A stretch of DNA of 60,732 nt. It comes from an uncultured Gammaproteobacteria bacterium. Lineage in GTDB: Bacteria > Patescibacteriota > Microgenomatia > JALYQM01. Both the position numbers and the translations under genes were made by a program. The notes under the pieces were generated by a model. That model saw only the letters and a program-made list of their open reading frames with translations, did not search any database and was not told the origin of the DNA. Shown piece by piece: positions 9,007 through 19,177 of the stretch (positions are counted from its first letter, which is position 1; every line of letters starts with the position of its first letter). Where the stretch lies: positions 1 through 60,732 of the forward strand of contig CAZHTP010000007.1 in the NCBI GenBank assembly GCA_964535655.1. The letters are read 5' to 3'.

Positions 9007-9633
9007 ATGAAAAAAATACTGGCCGTTGCCGTCACATTATTGGTAATAACAATTTCTTTAATAGCGTATAAAACATTCAAAGTCCCTGAAGTGCCAATTC
9101 ATTATCACGCTAATTTTGCGGTATTTATAAACAACACTAAAGTAAATTTTTCTGATCCATCGTATATGCACTTAGCACCTTGTGTGGCAGACTATACAAT
9201 AATTTCATTTAACAAACGTGATAATGTCCACTTGCATGATCAAGTAGGCAATGTTGTACATGTTCATCAAGGTAAAATTGTATGGAATGATTTATTTAAA
9301 AGCATTAAGTACGATCTATTCAAAGGAACATCGGCAAATCCTAAAAATACGCTAAATATTTATCTTAACGAAAAAAAAGTAGATAAAACAGTGTTAAATC
9401 AAACTATTAGCAAGCAAAGCAAACTACTATTCTCTGTAGATGAGCAGACTGGCCCTGAAAAAATCTCAGATAGTCCATACTTTAAAGCTCAGTACGACCA
9501 GGTAGGGGATAGTGCAAAGGACTATGATAATGGAACCAAAGGCGCAGAACATTGTGGTGCAAAGGGGAAAAGAACCTACATCACACGACTCAAACTCGCT
9601 TTGCAAACGTTGTTCTCTGATGTTGAAATTTAG
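9007..9633 (+). CDS. Membrane-anchored conserved hypothetical protein with His-rich motifs
   Basis: N-terminal TM segment. Motifs HYHANFAVFINN...NVHLHD...VVHVHQG. No family name can be assigned from memory. Confidence 0.55.
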   Translation: MKKILAVAVTLLVITISLIAYKTFKVPEVPIHYHANFAVFINNTKVNFSDPSYMHLAPCVADYTIISFNKRDNVHLHDQVGNVVHVHQGKIVWNDLFKSIKYDLFKGTSANPKNTLNIYLNEKKVDKTVLNQTISKQSKLLFSVDEQTGPEKISDSPYFKAQYDQVGDSAKDYDNGTKGAEHCGAKGKRTYITRLKLALQTLFSDVEI

Positions 9634-9638
9634 GATGA

Positions 9639-9755
9639 ATTTGCATAGCGGTTGCAGTTTTTAGACAAGTGAGTGAAAAGCGCAAAACCGCAGTTGAATT
9701 TTCATTTCTCTTGGCAGTAATTGGGATGGTAGTAGCGCCTTTGGAATGTATATAA
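9639..9755 (+). pseudogene. Short relic resembling the C-terminal motif region of undecaprenyl-diphosphate phosphatase (UppP/BacA)
   Basis: The frame starting at 9639 translates to ICIAVAVFRQVSEKRKTAVEFSFLLAVIGMVVAPLECI*. The block (S/R)xxAxEFSFLLAxxxM resembles the conserved BacA motif GLSRxxAxxFSFLLxIPxxxGA. No start codon and only about 38 codons. Confidence 0.35.
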
Positions 9756-9794
9756 TTCTACTTATTATAATTTATATTCTAATTATTAAATAAT

Positions 9795-10055
9795 ATGCAT
9801 TTCAGTGAAGGTCACGAACGTTCCATAGTTAAAGCAGTTACATTCCGAGCATGTATTCTGGGATCCGATCTGGCAATTATTCTATTTGTAACTCACAAAT
9901 TTGATGAAGCGATCGGACTAATTGTTTTGACAAATTTATCAAGTACACTGGTATATTTTTTGCACGAGCGCTTATGGAACAGAATCCATTGGGGTAAAAA
10001 AGAACTTAACGAACAGCCTCACCTTCAAGAATCTCATCCGGAGCAAACTTCTTAA
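9795..10055 (+). CDS. DUF2061-like small membrane protein
   Basis: ERSIVKAVTFR...YFLHERLWNRI matches the remembered DUF2061 pattern (K..sWR...y.hErvWn). Confidence 0.6.
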   Translation: MHFSEGHERSIVKAVTFRACILGSDLAIILFVTHKFDEAIGLIVLTNLSSTLVYFLHERLWNRIHWGKKELNEQPHLQESHPEQTS

Positions 10056-10356
10056 GAATTTGTGCGTTACGAACATTGGCTTTAAATACGAAGTCAGCAA
10101 CATCACCAATAACCGGAAACAATCCAATAACAAAGTCAAAGATTACGTTAAGCACCATTTTTTGAATTTTATCTTGCGGTAATTTTAGTTGAACAGCGAT
10201 CCAGATAAGATAAAATGACAAGACAAGCCCGATAAAGTCTCCAACACCAGGTATCAAACCGAGTAACGGTTCAACACCAAAATGCAAACCAATAATGTTG
10301 AATTTATTGTCAAGCAAATCGCTTACCATATACGCTAGTCTGAGATGTTTATTCAT
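10006..10356 (-). CDS. DUF4112-like membrane protein
   Basis: LLDNKFNIIGLHFGVEPLLGLIPGVGDFIG is the typical DUF4112 core. Confidence 0.6.
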   Translation of the reverse strand: MNKHLRLAYMVSDLLDNKFNIIGLHFGVEPLLGLIPGVGDFIGLVLSFYLIWIAVQLKLPQDKIQKMVLNVIFDFVIGLFPVIGDVADFVFKANVRNAQILKKFAPDEILEGEAVR

Positions 10357-10467
10357 AGCTGTATCATACTTTAACCAAATGGGAATCAGATCACAATTAC
10401 ATAAAAAAGTGTAAGAAACTACCTTGACGTAATTTGTAACAAAACGTATAAAATAACAACCTGCCTT

Positions 10468-13095
10468 ATGAGTGAATTTACAACTCCCATGATGAAACAG
10501 TACGAAGAGATAAAAAAACAGTACGCGGACTGTTTATTATTTTATCGTCTCGGGGACTTCTACGAGCTTTTTATGGACGATGCGCATGTCGGCGCTAAAG
10601 TCCTTGATTTAACCTTAACAGGTCGACCACGAGGCAAAGATGGGCGAATCCCCATGGCAGGAGTACCATTCCATGCGGTTGATTCATATCTTGCGAAGCT
10701 GGTGAAAGCGGGATACAAAGTTGCGATCTGTGAACAAGTAAGCGAACCAGATAAACACGGAATTGTTGAGCGAGAAGTAGTGAGGATAGTAACTCCAGGT
10801 ACCGTACTTGACGAAAAAACATTAGAAAGAAAAGAAAATAATTATATAGTAAGCATATGCTTTGATAACAAATACATTGGTATCGCTTGTGCTGATGTTT
10901 CGACAGGCTCTTTTCTGACAGCTCAATTTACTAAAGATAATTATTCTCAAATAATTATAAACGAAATGTCTCGATTAAAGCCATCGGAATGCATTCTTCC
11001 TAAATTTTTATATGATAATACTGAGATACTACGATTAATCAAGATTCAGCCGGATATAAATATATTTTGTTATCATAACTGGGACAGCGTAACTACAAAT
11101 CCCACGGCTTTATTGAAAAGTCATTTCAAAATAAAAACCCTAGCGACCTTTGAAATGGACGCAAAGCCACAAGCGCAGATTGCCTCTGCAGCCTTAATCG
11201 GGTACTTACAAGAAACACAAAAAAATCAGATTGATCATTTTCGTGTTATTGGGCAGTTAATATCAAGCGAACATGTCTCCTTAGATAGATCCACAATAAA
11301 TAATTTGGAATTATTTAGTACGTTGCGTGATGGCAATAAACAAGGTTCAGTATTAAACAGTATTGATTACACGATTACTGCAATGGGCGGGCGCATGTTA
11401 CGTCAATGGCTCCGCCGACCGTTAACTTCATCGCAACAAATAATAAAAAGACATTCGGGAGTTAAATATTTTATAGAAACAGGTGAAGTTCGTTCAAAAA
11501 TTGAACTAGAGCTTGAAAATGTAGTGGACATTGAGCGAATAGTAGCCCGATTAACGGTTGGTATCGGTAATGCAAGAGATATGATTGGTTTAAAAAATTC
11601 TCTAAAAAACTGCCTGAGAATACGGGAAATCTTAACAGACAGTTCTGCTCCTGAATACCTTAAAAATATTGCCAGGGGTATTCCTGTAATTATTACTGAG
11701 GTAATCAATCTTATCGAAACGACCATTCTTGAAGATCCTAAATTTGACCCAAAAGAAGGCGGCATCATAAAAAGCGGAGTAAATCAAAATGTAGATGAGC
11801 TCCGTAGCATTGTTAATCATGGGGCAGAGTGGATAAGCGAGTTAGAAAAGGCCGAAAGAGAACGAACCGGGATTAACTCTCTAAAAGTCCGTTACAATAA
11901 AGTATTTGGGTTCTACATAGAAATAAGTAATTCAAATTTAAATCTGATACCCGACAATTATAACCGCAAGCAGACTCTCGTTAACGGGGAGCGATTTATC
12001 ACTCCAGAGTTAAAAAAGCAGGAAGAAATTATTGTTACCGCTGAAGAGAAATTAAGGAAAATAGAATATGAAAAGTATTTAGAAGTATTAAAAGTAATTT
12101 TAGAGAATATTTCTGAAATACAAGAAACCGCCAGCAAAATCTCCGAAATTGATTGTCTCTATTCGCATGCATCTATTGCGCGTGAACGCCATTATGTACA
12201 AGCAATGATTTCAAACTCAGATCAAATCAATGTAACAAATGGACGACACCCTGTTGTCGAGCAAATCATGACTGAAAGGCAATTTGTTCCGAATAGCGTG
12301 GTGCTTGATAACAAAGATAATCAATTATGGATAATCACGGGGCCCAATATGGCGGGTAAATCGGTTTTTATTCGGCAAGTTGCATTGCTTGTGCTATTAA
12401 ATCAGATTGGCTCATTCATTCCAGCCGAAAAGGCCGAATTGGCAATAGTAGACCGAATATTCGTCAGGAGTGGAGCCTCGGATGTAATTTCTGAAGGACT
12501 TTCCACTTTTATGGTAGAAATGGTTGAAACTGCCCAAATAATGCATCAGGCAACAGATAAAAGTTTAATAGTAATGGATGAAATTGGCCGAGGAACGAGT
12601 ACTTACGATGGTATAAGTATAGCCTGGGCAATAGCTGAATACATAGTTACTAATCGAAAAAATTCCGCAAAAACATTATTCGCCACGCATTATCATGAAC
12701 TTCAAGATCTTGCAAATAAATATCCAGATCGAATAAAAAATTACCACATGTCAGTGCACGAATCAAACGGCGAATTGCATTTTCTTCATACCATCAAAAA
12801 TGGTGGTGCATCACATAGCTTTGGTGTTGCTGTTGCAAAACTTGCAGGAATACCCGATAAAATTATTTCCGCCGCGCAAAGTATGCTTCATAAACTCGAA
12901 CACCGCGAAAATATTTCGCAGCCAGCGCAATTACCTCTTACCTTTAATGACACAGAAAAAATTATAAGTAATGAGTTAAGTGATCTTGATATTCATCAAA
13001 TGACTCCTTTGCAGGCACTTAATAAGCTTGCTGAACTTAAAAATAAAATAAAAGTACTCGAGTCATCGAGGAGTCATTTATTCAAGGCCGATTAA
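10468..13095 (+). CDS. mutS: DNA mismatch repair protein MutS
   Basis: N-terminal TPMMKQY...FYRLGDFYE, Walker A GPNMAGKS, DEIGRGTSTYDG, ATHYHEL. Confidence 0.95.
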   Translation: MSEFTTPMMKQYEEIKKQYADCLLFYRLGDFYELFMDDAHVGAKVLDLTLTGRPRGKDGRIPMAGVPFHAVDSYLAKLVKAGYKVAICEQVSEPDKHGIVEREVVRIVTPGTVLDEKTLERKENNYIVSICFDNKYIGIACADVSTGSFLTAQFTKDNYSQIIINEMSRLKPSECILPKFLYDNTEILRLIKIQPDINIFCYHNWDSVTTNPTALLKSHFKIKTLATFEMDAKPQAQIASAALIGYLQETQKNQIDHFRVIGQLISSEHVSLDRSTINNLELFSTLRDGNKQGSVLNSIDYTITAMGGRMLRQWLRRPLTSSQQIIKRHSGVKYFIETGEVRSKIELELENVVDIERIVARLTVGIGNARDMIGLKNSLKNCLRIREILTDSSAPEYLKNIARGIPVIITEVINLIETTILEDPKFDPKEGGIIKSGVNQNVDELRSIVNHGAEWISELEKAERERTGINSLKVRYNKVFGFYIEISNSNLNLIPDNYNRKQTLVNGERFITPELKKQEEIIVTAEEKLRKIEYEKYLEVLKVILENISEIQETASKISEIDCLYSHASIARERHYVQAMISNSDQINVTNGRHPVVEQIMTERQFVPNSVVLDNKDNQLWIITGPNMAGKSVFIRQVALLVLLNQIGSFIPAEKAELAIVDRIFVRSGASDVISEGLSTFMVEMVETAQIMHQATDKSLIVMDEIGRGTSTYDGISIAWAIAEYIVTNRKNSAKTLFATHYHELQDLANKYPDRIKNYHMSVHESNGELHFLHTIKNGGASHSFGVAVAKLAGIPDKIISAAQSMLHKLEHRENISQPAQLPLTFNDTEKIISNELSDLDIHQMTPLQALNKLAELKNKIKVLESSRSHLFKAD

Positions 13096-13096
13096 T

Positions 13097-14809
13097 ATGA
13101 CTAAAATTCATTTACTTTCTCATGATGTAATTGCTAAAATTGCCGCGGGTGAGGTGATTGAACGACCTGTATTTGCAATAAAAGAACTTCTAGAAAATTC
13201 TATCGATGCCAATTCAACTGTAATAAAAATTGAACTAGAGCAAGCAGGCCTTAAAAAAATTTGTGTTACCGATAACGGAGAGGGAATGGGAAAAGATGAT
13301 TTAGGAGAGTGTTACAAACCTCATACAACAAGCAAAATTAAATCTGAAGAGGATTTATTTTCAGTTCATTCATTAGGGTTTCGGGGCGAAGCACTGGCGA
13401 GTATCGCAGCAATAAGTACCGTGGTAATTCGGAGTAGGACAACACAAGATAATGTAGGTAATGAAATTAAGATAGCACCAAACTCTCAAGTGGAGCTTAC
13501 ACCGTTTGGCATGCCGACTGGAACTCAAATAATTATTAGTGGCCTCTTCGACGCTATTCCGGCGCGCAAGAAATTTTTGACAAATTCTGCCTTGGAATTT
13601 AAACTAATTGCCGAACTGGTAACTTCAATAGCGATAGCTTCACCAGAAGTCAGCATAACATTAATTCATAACAACAAAAAAATTATTGATCTCGCGAAAA
13701 ATCAATCTCTTAAAGAAAGAATAGAATCCTTATTAGGAACTGATATTGCAAAAAATTTACTGCCAGTACATGTAGAGAATGAGTATCTACAGATCTCAGG
13801 ATTTATAGTAAAGCCACATATATCAGCTCAATCAACTTCAAAACAATTTGTATATGTAAACAAACGCAAAGTGAATGATAAAAAACTATCTGCTTCAATT
13901 AAATCAATTTATGGAACATTACTTGAGTCTAAAGTTCAGCCAATTTTCTTCCTATTTATCTCACTTCCATTTGAGCGCGTTGATGTAAATGTACATCCGC
14001 GGAAAGAATATGTCGCATTTACCGATCCTGAATTGGTTTTGAGTAGCATTAACGATGCAATAACAAAGACGTTGTCTCAAACAAGCTTAATATACAACGA
14101 CAAAAGATGGAAAAAAGGGAGGTATGCTCCGTCACTGTATGAAGAACAGTCCGTACGAGAGGGCAACGTGTCTTCTTTTACGGCTCAAATCTTGAAAGAT
14201 TCAGTATCTGCCTGGAATAGTGAAGTAGATGTGCTTCAATCTTCTGAGATCATTCAATTGCATGATCTCTATCTTGTATATCAAACTAAAAAAAGTATTG
14301 TGCTAATCGACCAACATGCAGCTCACGAAAGAATTTTATACGAACAGTATTTGAATGAATTCATTTTACTGAGACAAAAAGGACTTTCAGTAAAACGTAG
14401 CCCTAGTATTCATCTCGAGTTATCTGCAATCGAAAGGAACTCTCTTGAAGAAAATTATTCCTTTTTTGAAGAGCTTGGATATCGTATTATATTTTCTCTT
14501 AAAACAGAACTTATCGCAGCACCAAATCTTTTTAAAGATCGTAACCACACAAAGCTAATTCGAGAGTTGTTGGAAGATATCGAAAGTGAGCAGAAAATCA
14601 AAAATATCGATAGCGGGTCTCATAAAATGATCGCCTTTTTAGCCTGCCGCAAAGCGATAAAAGCTGGAGATAAAGTGACAAGAGAACAAGCTGAAAATAT
14701 CATTAAAAAGTTAAACGAGTGCGAAAACAAATATACCTGTCCCCATGGGAGACCCACACAAGTAGAAATATCCTTAAAGGAGCTACATTATATGTTTCAC
14801 CGGAGGTAA
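13097..14809 (+). CDS. mutL: DNA mismatch repair protein MutL with endonuclease motif
   Basis: GHKL ATPase N-terminus (AAGEVIERP, GFRGEALASI). DQHAAHERILYE fits DQHA(X)2E(X)4E. C-terminal ACRKAIKAGD. Starts 2 nt after the mutS stop. Confidence 0.95.
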   Translation: MTKIHLLSHDVIAKIAAGEVIERPVFAIKELLENSIDANSTVIKIELEQAGLKKICVTDNGEGMGKDDLGECYKPHTTSKIKSEEDLFSVHSLGFRGEALASIAAISTVVIRSRTTQDNVGNEIKIAPNSQVELTPFGMPTGTQIIISGLFDAIPARKKFLTNSALEFKLIAELVTSIAIASPEVSITLIHNNKKIIDLAKNQSLKERIESLLGTDIAKNLLPVHVENEYLQISGFIVKPHISAQSTSKQFVYVNKRKVNDKKLSASIKSIYGTLLESKVQPIFFLFISLPFERVDVNVHPRKEYVAFTDPELVLSSINDAITKTLSQTSLIYNDKRWKKGRYAPSLYEEQSVREGNVSSFTAQILKDSVSAWNSEVDVLQSSEIIQLHDLYLVYQTKKSIVLIDQHAAHERILYEQYLNEFILLRQKGLSVKRSPSIHLELSAIERNSLEENYSFFEELGYRIIFSLKTELIAAPNLFKDRNHTKLIRELLEDIESEQKIKNIDSGSHKMIAFLACRKAIKAGDKVTREQAENIIKKLNECENKYTCPHGRPTQVEISLKELHYMFHRR

Positions 14810-16237
14810 CTAGTGAGCGGAATTTAGTTTTTCGGATAGTGCTTCTTGCTCATCGCGATACTCTTTATCTTTAGAAACGTACGATTTCTGATCTTCAGTA
14901 AGCCACTGATTGGATTCCATTTGGTTAACAATATCCGAGATATTTTTAATTCGCAAGTCAAACAGAAACAGAATCCGATCTACATCAACTTTATATTTTA
15001 AATAGAATGCTCCCGAGGCGGTTAAGCGCTTCCAGCCAGGATACACCTCTTGCAGGCTAGAAAGAACACTTTTCCACGATGACAGTTGTGTTGCTGTATA
15101 GTTCGCCGGAACATACCCGCCAAATTGCGTAACTATAACATGGTGTGGACATCCATTCACTACATCATCAACTTCCGCAATACCTATGTCTTGAAAATCT
15201 TCATCAATAAAAATTTTCTTGAGCCGGGGATATTCCATTAAAGCGTCGAGATATTCGTCATTATCATAATAACCAAGAAGAGGAAACTCGCTCCATACAA
15301 TGTTAGAATAACCAACATCTTTCATAGCCTTAGCCAGGGTATATCCACTTCGAGTCGCTTCTGGAGACAGATCATCATATTTTAAGATAATATCTCCCCG
15401 CTTAGCTGCGGATTTTTCTAATTTTTGATTAAGAGTAAGTGGCTTAAAGTTACTGCCAGCTCGAATTTTATTAATCTCTTTGAGTAAAGAAAATTTATCT
15501 AATTTAATTTTTTGACTTTCATTTAAGTCCTGGGAGGTTTCTCGATAATTTCTATCATATAAACCTTTTTGCTTCTCAAAGGGAATAACTGAATTGATAG
15601 ACGAATAGGAAACGAGGCCTAATTCTGAACGAGAGTCAGCGCTTATTTTTCTATTATCTCCCATTACAAAAACAGTACCAAGAGGTATGGTTAATTTCGT
15701 ACAATCAGTAATAAATTCTCCACCAAAAGTTGATCGTGCCCGAGCGATGTATGGTTCGCGTTGTGGTTCATCGTTAAGGTAGGCTATACCATCCCGAAAT
15801 TCAATTGTATCGCCAGGTAATGCATAAATTCGTTTCAAAAACTCATGTTCCTCACCCGATTGCTCAAGTGTTATCTGCCGCGTTTTAGCATTCTCAAAAG
15901 AAACAATATCTTTTCTCTTGAGTTGATACGGAAAATAGGTCCGGTTAAATAAACGTATACCGCTTGGATAGGAATACATAATAGCCAAAGCCACGGTCTC
16001 TCGTGACAATTCTTTAGCGGTTTTCCCTGTTCCTTTAGGGAAAGTAGGATACATTGATCCAGTACCACTCAGTCTAACAGAGGACGCCTCGCCCAATCCG
16101 AGATTCGTTGCATACTCGACAAAGTCAGCGGAGCGAAAGTAGTAGTAAAGGTAACTTCCTCCAACTAATATCCCAACCAAAAGAAAAAGAAGCAGCAATA
16201 CTCTAATAAAGCGCCAAATCATACATACAGTATGCAA
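14810..16237 (-). CDS. lepB: Signal peptidase I fused to a C-terminal CAP/SCP (PR-1-like) domain
   Basis: SPase boxes GSMYPTF, LKRIYALPGD, GDNRKISADSR in the N-terminal half. The C-terminal half (LNQKLEKSAAKRG...FQDIGIAEV...HVIVTQFGG) resembles the CAP-domain pattern. Confidence 0.75.
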   Translation of the reverse strand: MHTVCMIWRFIRVLLLLFLLVGILVGGSYLYYYFRSADFVEYATNLGLGEASSVRLSGTGSMYPTFPKGTGKTAKELSRETVALAIMYSYPSGIRLFNRTYFPYQLKRKDIVSFENAKTRQITLEQSGEEHEFLKRIYALPGDTIEFRDGIAYLNDEPQREPYIARARSTFGGEFITDCTKLTIPLGTVFVMGDNRKISADSRSELGLVSYSSINSVIPFEKQKGLYDRNYRETSQDLNESQKIKLDKFSLLKEINKIRAGSNFKPLTLNQKLEKSAAKRGDIILKYDDLSPEATRSGYTLAKAMKDVGYSNIVWSEFPLLGYYDNDEYLDALMEYPRLKKIFIDEDFQDIGIAEVDDVVNGCPHHVIVTQFGGYVPANYTATQLSSWKSVLSSLQEVYPGWKRLTASGAFYLKYKVDVDRILFLFDLRIKNISDIVNQMESNQWLTEDQKSYVSKDKEYRDEQEALSEKLNSAH

Positions 16238-16255
16238 TAAAATTAACCCAGCTGG

Positions 16256-17800
16256 CTAGTGAACAATGAGCGATTCAAAAGAATGAGTAACACCCTCAAT
16301 CTGCATCAAGTCTAAAACTGTTCCTGCAATTTTACTTAATCCATTAGAAAGATCTTGGTCAAGAGTGAGGTCCTTAATAGCAGGATTATTACCATAAAAA
16401 ACAATAAAAGGAACAGGATTTAGTGTATGAGCAGTATGCGGTTCCCCAGTAGCCAAATCATACATGATATCAGCATTGCCATGATCGGCTGTAATGCAGC
16501 AGACGTACCCTTCAGAACTGAGATACTCAGTCAAGTTTTTTAGCTGAGCGTCAACAGTCTCTACTCCTTCAATTACCGCTTCGAAATTACCCGTATGCCC
16601 AACCATATCAGGGTTAGCAAAATTTACCAAAATAAAATCAGGATGGTGTTCCTTTATTGCGCTTTCCACTTGCTCTCGTATCTCTCGAGCTTTCATTTGA
16701 GGCATAGCATCATGCTTTACTTTATTACTCTCAGAAAGACTTCTTAATTCACCATCAAACACTACTTCAACTCCACCGTTAAAGAAATAGGTAACATGTG
16801 CATATTTTTCTGTCTCAGCAGCTCTTAATTGAGTCAGGCCTTGTTTACTAAGTAATTCGCCTAACGTATCGGATACTCGTTGCTTTTCAAATAACACCGG
16901 GAACTGATATGTTTTGTCGTATTGTGTCATAGTTGTTATTTGTGAAGTGGGATCAAGAGATGCCAAAGTGGTTATAAGCTGTTTCATTCGATCACTGCGA
17001 AAATTAAAGAAAAAGAGCGCTTCATCGTTTCCAATACCCGCATAGGTAGGGTCGATAAGAATTGGCTCAATAAACTCATCAGTAATGTTTTTGACATAAC
17101 TTTCATGAAAAGCTTCTTCTAATAAATTTATCGATGATTCTTTTGAAATCGATACTATATTTTCTTCACTTTTACTCCCATCCATTATTAGCTGAGCTGC
17201 ACGTTGAGTACGCTCCATATTATTGTCACGATCCATGGCATAAAATCGCCCACATAAGCTAACAACTTTACCAAATTCGAGCTCTTCTATTAATGTCAAT
17301 AATCTACGCGCACTTTCAATACCAGAGTTAGGCATCGTATCACGCCCGTCACTGATAAAGTGAATGTAGGGAGATAGTGCTCCCTCAGCTTTTAACACTG
17401 TGAGAAAGTCGAAAAAGTAATCTTCATGGCTATGAACGCCACCAGTTGAAATCATACCAATAAGATGCAACGGCTTCTGTTTTGCAATCTCAAGTAAGTT
17501 AAGAAAGTCAGGATTAAAAAGTATTCCTTCTTCAGAGTTAGGATTTTTTAAACTTCGACTAATCCGTACCAATTCTGTAAATAAAACCTTACCCGCACCA
17601 ATTGTCATATGGCCAACTTCACTACCCCCAATTTGACCTTCTGGTAAACCGACATATTCACCACTAGCTTGCAGAATCGTATGAGGATACTTTTCCCAAA
17701 TAAAATCGAAATAAGGGGTATTTGCCTTAAATATTGCATTATTATCGGCATTCTCACCGATACCCCATCCATCAAGAACAATTAATGCAAGTTTATTCAT
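16256..17800 (-). CDS. gpmI: 2,3-bisphosphoglycerate-independent phosphoglycerate mutase
   Basis: LIVLDGWGIG, GGVHSH, TADHGNA motifs. 514 aa. Confidence 0.95.
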   Translation of the reverse strand: MNKLALIVLDGWGIGENADNNAIFKANTPYFDFIWEKYPHTILQASGEYVGLPEGQIGGSEVGHMTIGAGKVLFTELVRISRSLKNPNSEEGILFNPDFLNLLEIAKQKPLHLIGMISTGGVHSHEDYFFDFLTVLKAEGALSPYIHFISDGRDTMPNSGIESARRLLTLIEELEFGKVVSLCGRFYAMDRDNNMERTQRAAQLIMDGSKSEENIVSISKESSINLLEEAFHESYVKNITDEFIEPILIDPTYAGIGNDEALFFFNFRSDRMKQLITTLASLDPTSQITTMTQYDKTYQFPVLFEKQRVSDTLGELLSKQGLTQLRAAETEKYAHVTYFFNGGVEVVFDGELRSLSESNKVKHDAMPQMKAREIREQVESAIKEHHPDFILVNFANPDMVGHTGNFEAVIEGVETVDAQLKNLTEYLSSEGYVCCITADHGNADIMYDLATGEPHTAHTLNPVPFIVFYGNNPAIKDLTLDQDLSNGLSKIAGTVLDLMQIEGVTHSFESLIVH

Positions 17801-17804
17801 ATTT

Positions 17805-19046
17805 TTATAGCCCTGCCTCTATTTCTAACAAGCGATTATATTTGGCTAAGCGATCTGAGCGAGACATAGAACCTGTTTTAATCAGATCTGCCCCGCAGGA
17901 ATATGCAAGATCGGAAATGAACGTATCTTCAGTTTCACCCGAGCGATGTGAGATAACTACTTTAAATCCAGCTTCACGAGCCATAACAATCGCTTCAACT
18001 GTCTCAAGCAAAGAACCAATTTGATTTACCTTAACGAGTAGTGCGTTTGCTGCATGCTGATCAATACCCTGGGAAAGACGCTTAGGATTAGTTACAAAAA
18101 GATCATCGCCTACGACGAGATAGATCCCATTACTATGAGCGGTGAGTTGAGCAAAATGTTTCCAATCATCTTCTGAAAAAGGATCCTCAAAGGAGAAAAC
18201 GTGATACTTCTTTTGCATCTCTAAATAATACGCAACAAGTTCCTCGGGAGTTAAAGTGCGATTCTCTTTTTTGAATATATATCCATCTCCTTCAAAAAAT
18301 TCGGAAGCAGCAGCATCAAGGGCAAGCTGATATTCTTTTCCATTTGAATAGCCAAGCTCTGATGCAGCTGACATTATAGTCTCTATTACTTCATTATTTG
18401 AAGATAATGCGGGAGAATAACCACCCTCGTCACCAACCAAAGTCGATAATCCCTTTTCTTTCAATATTTTACCCAGCTGTGCAAAAATCTCCGCCGCCAT
18501 TCGAGTTGATTCAGTAGGTTTATTTGAAACAGGGACAATCATAAATTCTTGAATATCAAAATTCCATTGTGCATGCTTTCCGCCATTAACAACATTTACC
18601 ATTAATCGAGGGAAACCAAGCGAATATTTAGGGAAATAGTAGTCATGCAAAAATTGCCAGAGTGGCTTTTTTTCTACTGAGGCGGCCGCTCGCGCTACTG
18701 CAAGTGACACTGCAAGAATTGCATTAGCTCCCATTTTTGATTTGTTATCGGTACCATCTGCCTCGAGCATAGCTTTATCAAGCTCACGAATGTCAGAAAT
18801 ATCTTTACCAGCGAGTATAGTGTTTAAGTCATCATTAACATGAGCAACAGCATTTTGAACGCCTTGCCCGTGGAATCTTTTTTCATCACCGTCTCTCAAC
18901 TCAAGAGCTTCGTACTTTCCGGTTGATGCACCAGAAGGAACAGAAGCAAAGTGAACGGAACCGTCTACCAGGGTAACAAACGCTCGAACGGTAGGTTTAC
19001 CGCGAGAATCAAGAATTTCAATAGCGCGAACCTGGGATATTTTCAT
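17805..19046 (-). CDS. eno: Enolase
   Basis: ILDSRGKPTV N-terminus, LLVKVNQIGS, SHRSGETEDTFISDLA signature. Confidence 0.97.
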   Translation of the reverse strand: MKISQVRAIEILDSRGKPTVRAFVTLVDGSVHFASVPSGASTGKYEALELRDGDEKRFHGQGVQNAVAHVNDDLNTILAGKDISDIRELDKAMLEADGTDNKSKMGANAILAVSLAVARAAASVEKKPLWQFLHDYYFPKYSLGFPRLMVNVVNGGKHAQWNFDIQEFMIVPVSNKPTESTRMAAEIFAQLGKILKEKGLSTLVGDEGGYSPALSSNNEVIETIMSAASELGYSNGKEYQLALDAAASEFFEGDGYIFKKENRTLTPEELVAYYLEMQKKYHVFSFEDPFSEDDWKHFAQLTAHSNGIYLVVGDDLFVTNPKRLSQGIDQHAANALLVKVNQIGSLLETVEAIVMAREAGFKVVISHRSGETEDTFISDLAYSCGADLIKTGSMSRSDRLAKYNRLLEIEAGL

Positions 19047-19177
19047 ACTACTCCTTACTTAATAACTGTAGGTAATCAGACAATGTATAACTATAGCGCA
19101 AAAGGGCAAAGTTGTAAATGAGCTTGCGTTAGGCAAAGTAGCTCTATACTATAGATATACCCCGCACCTGGGGAACT

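Noticed and set aside
10006-10055. 50-nt convergent overlap of the DUF2061 and DUF4112 genes as a possible antisense regulatory arrangement
   Set aside because: Convergent 3' overlaps of this size are common in compact genomes, and nothing else suggests regulation.
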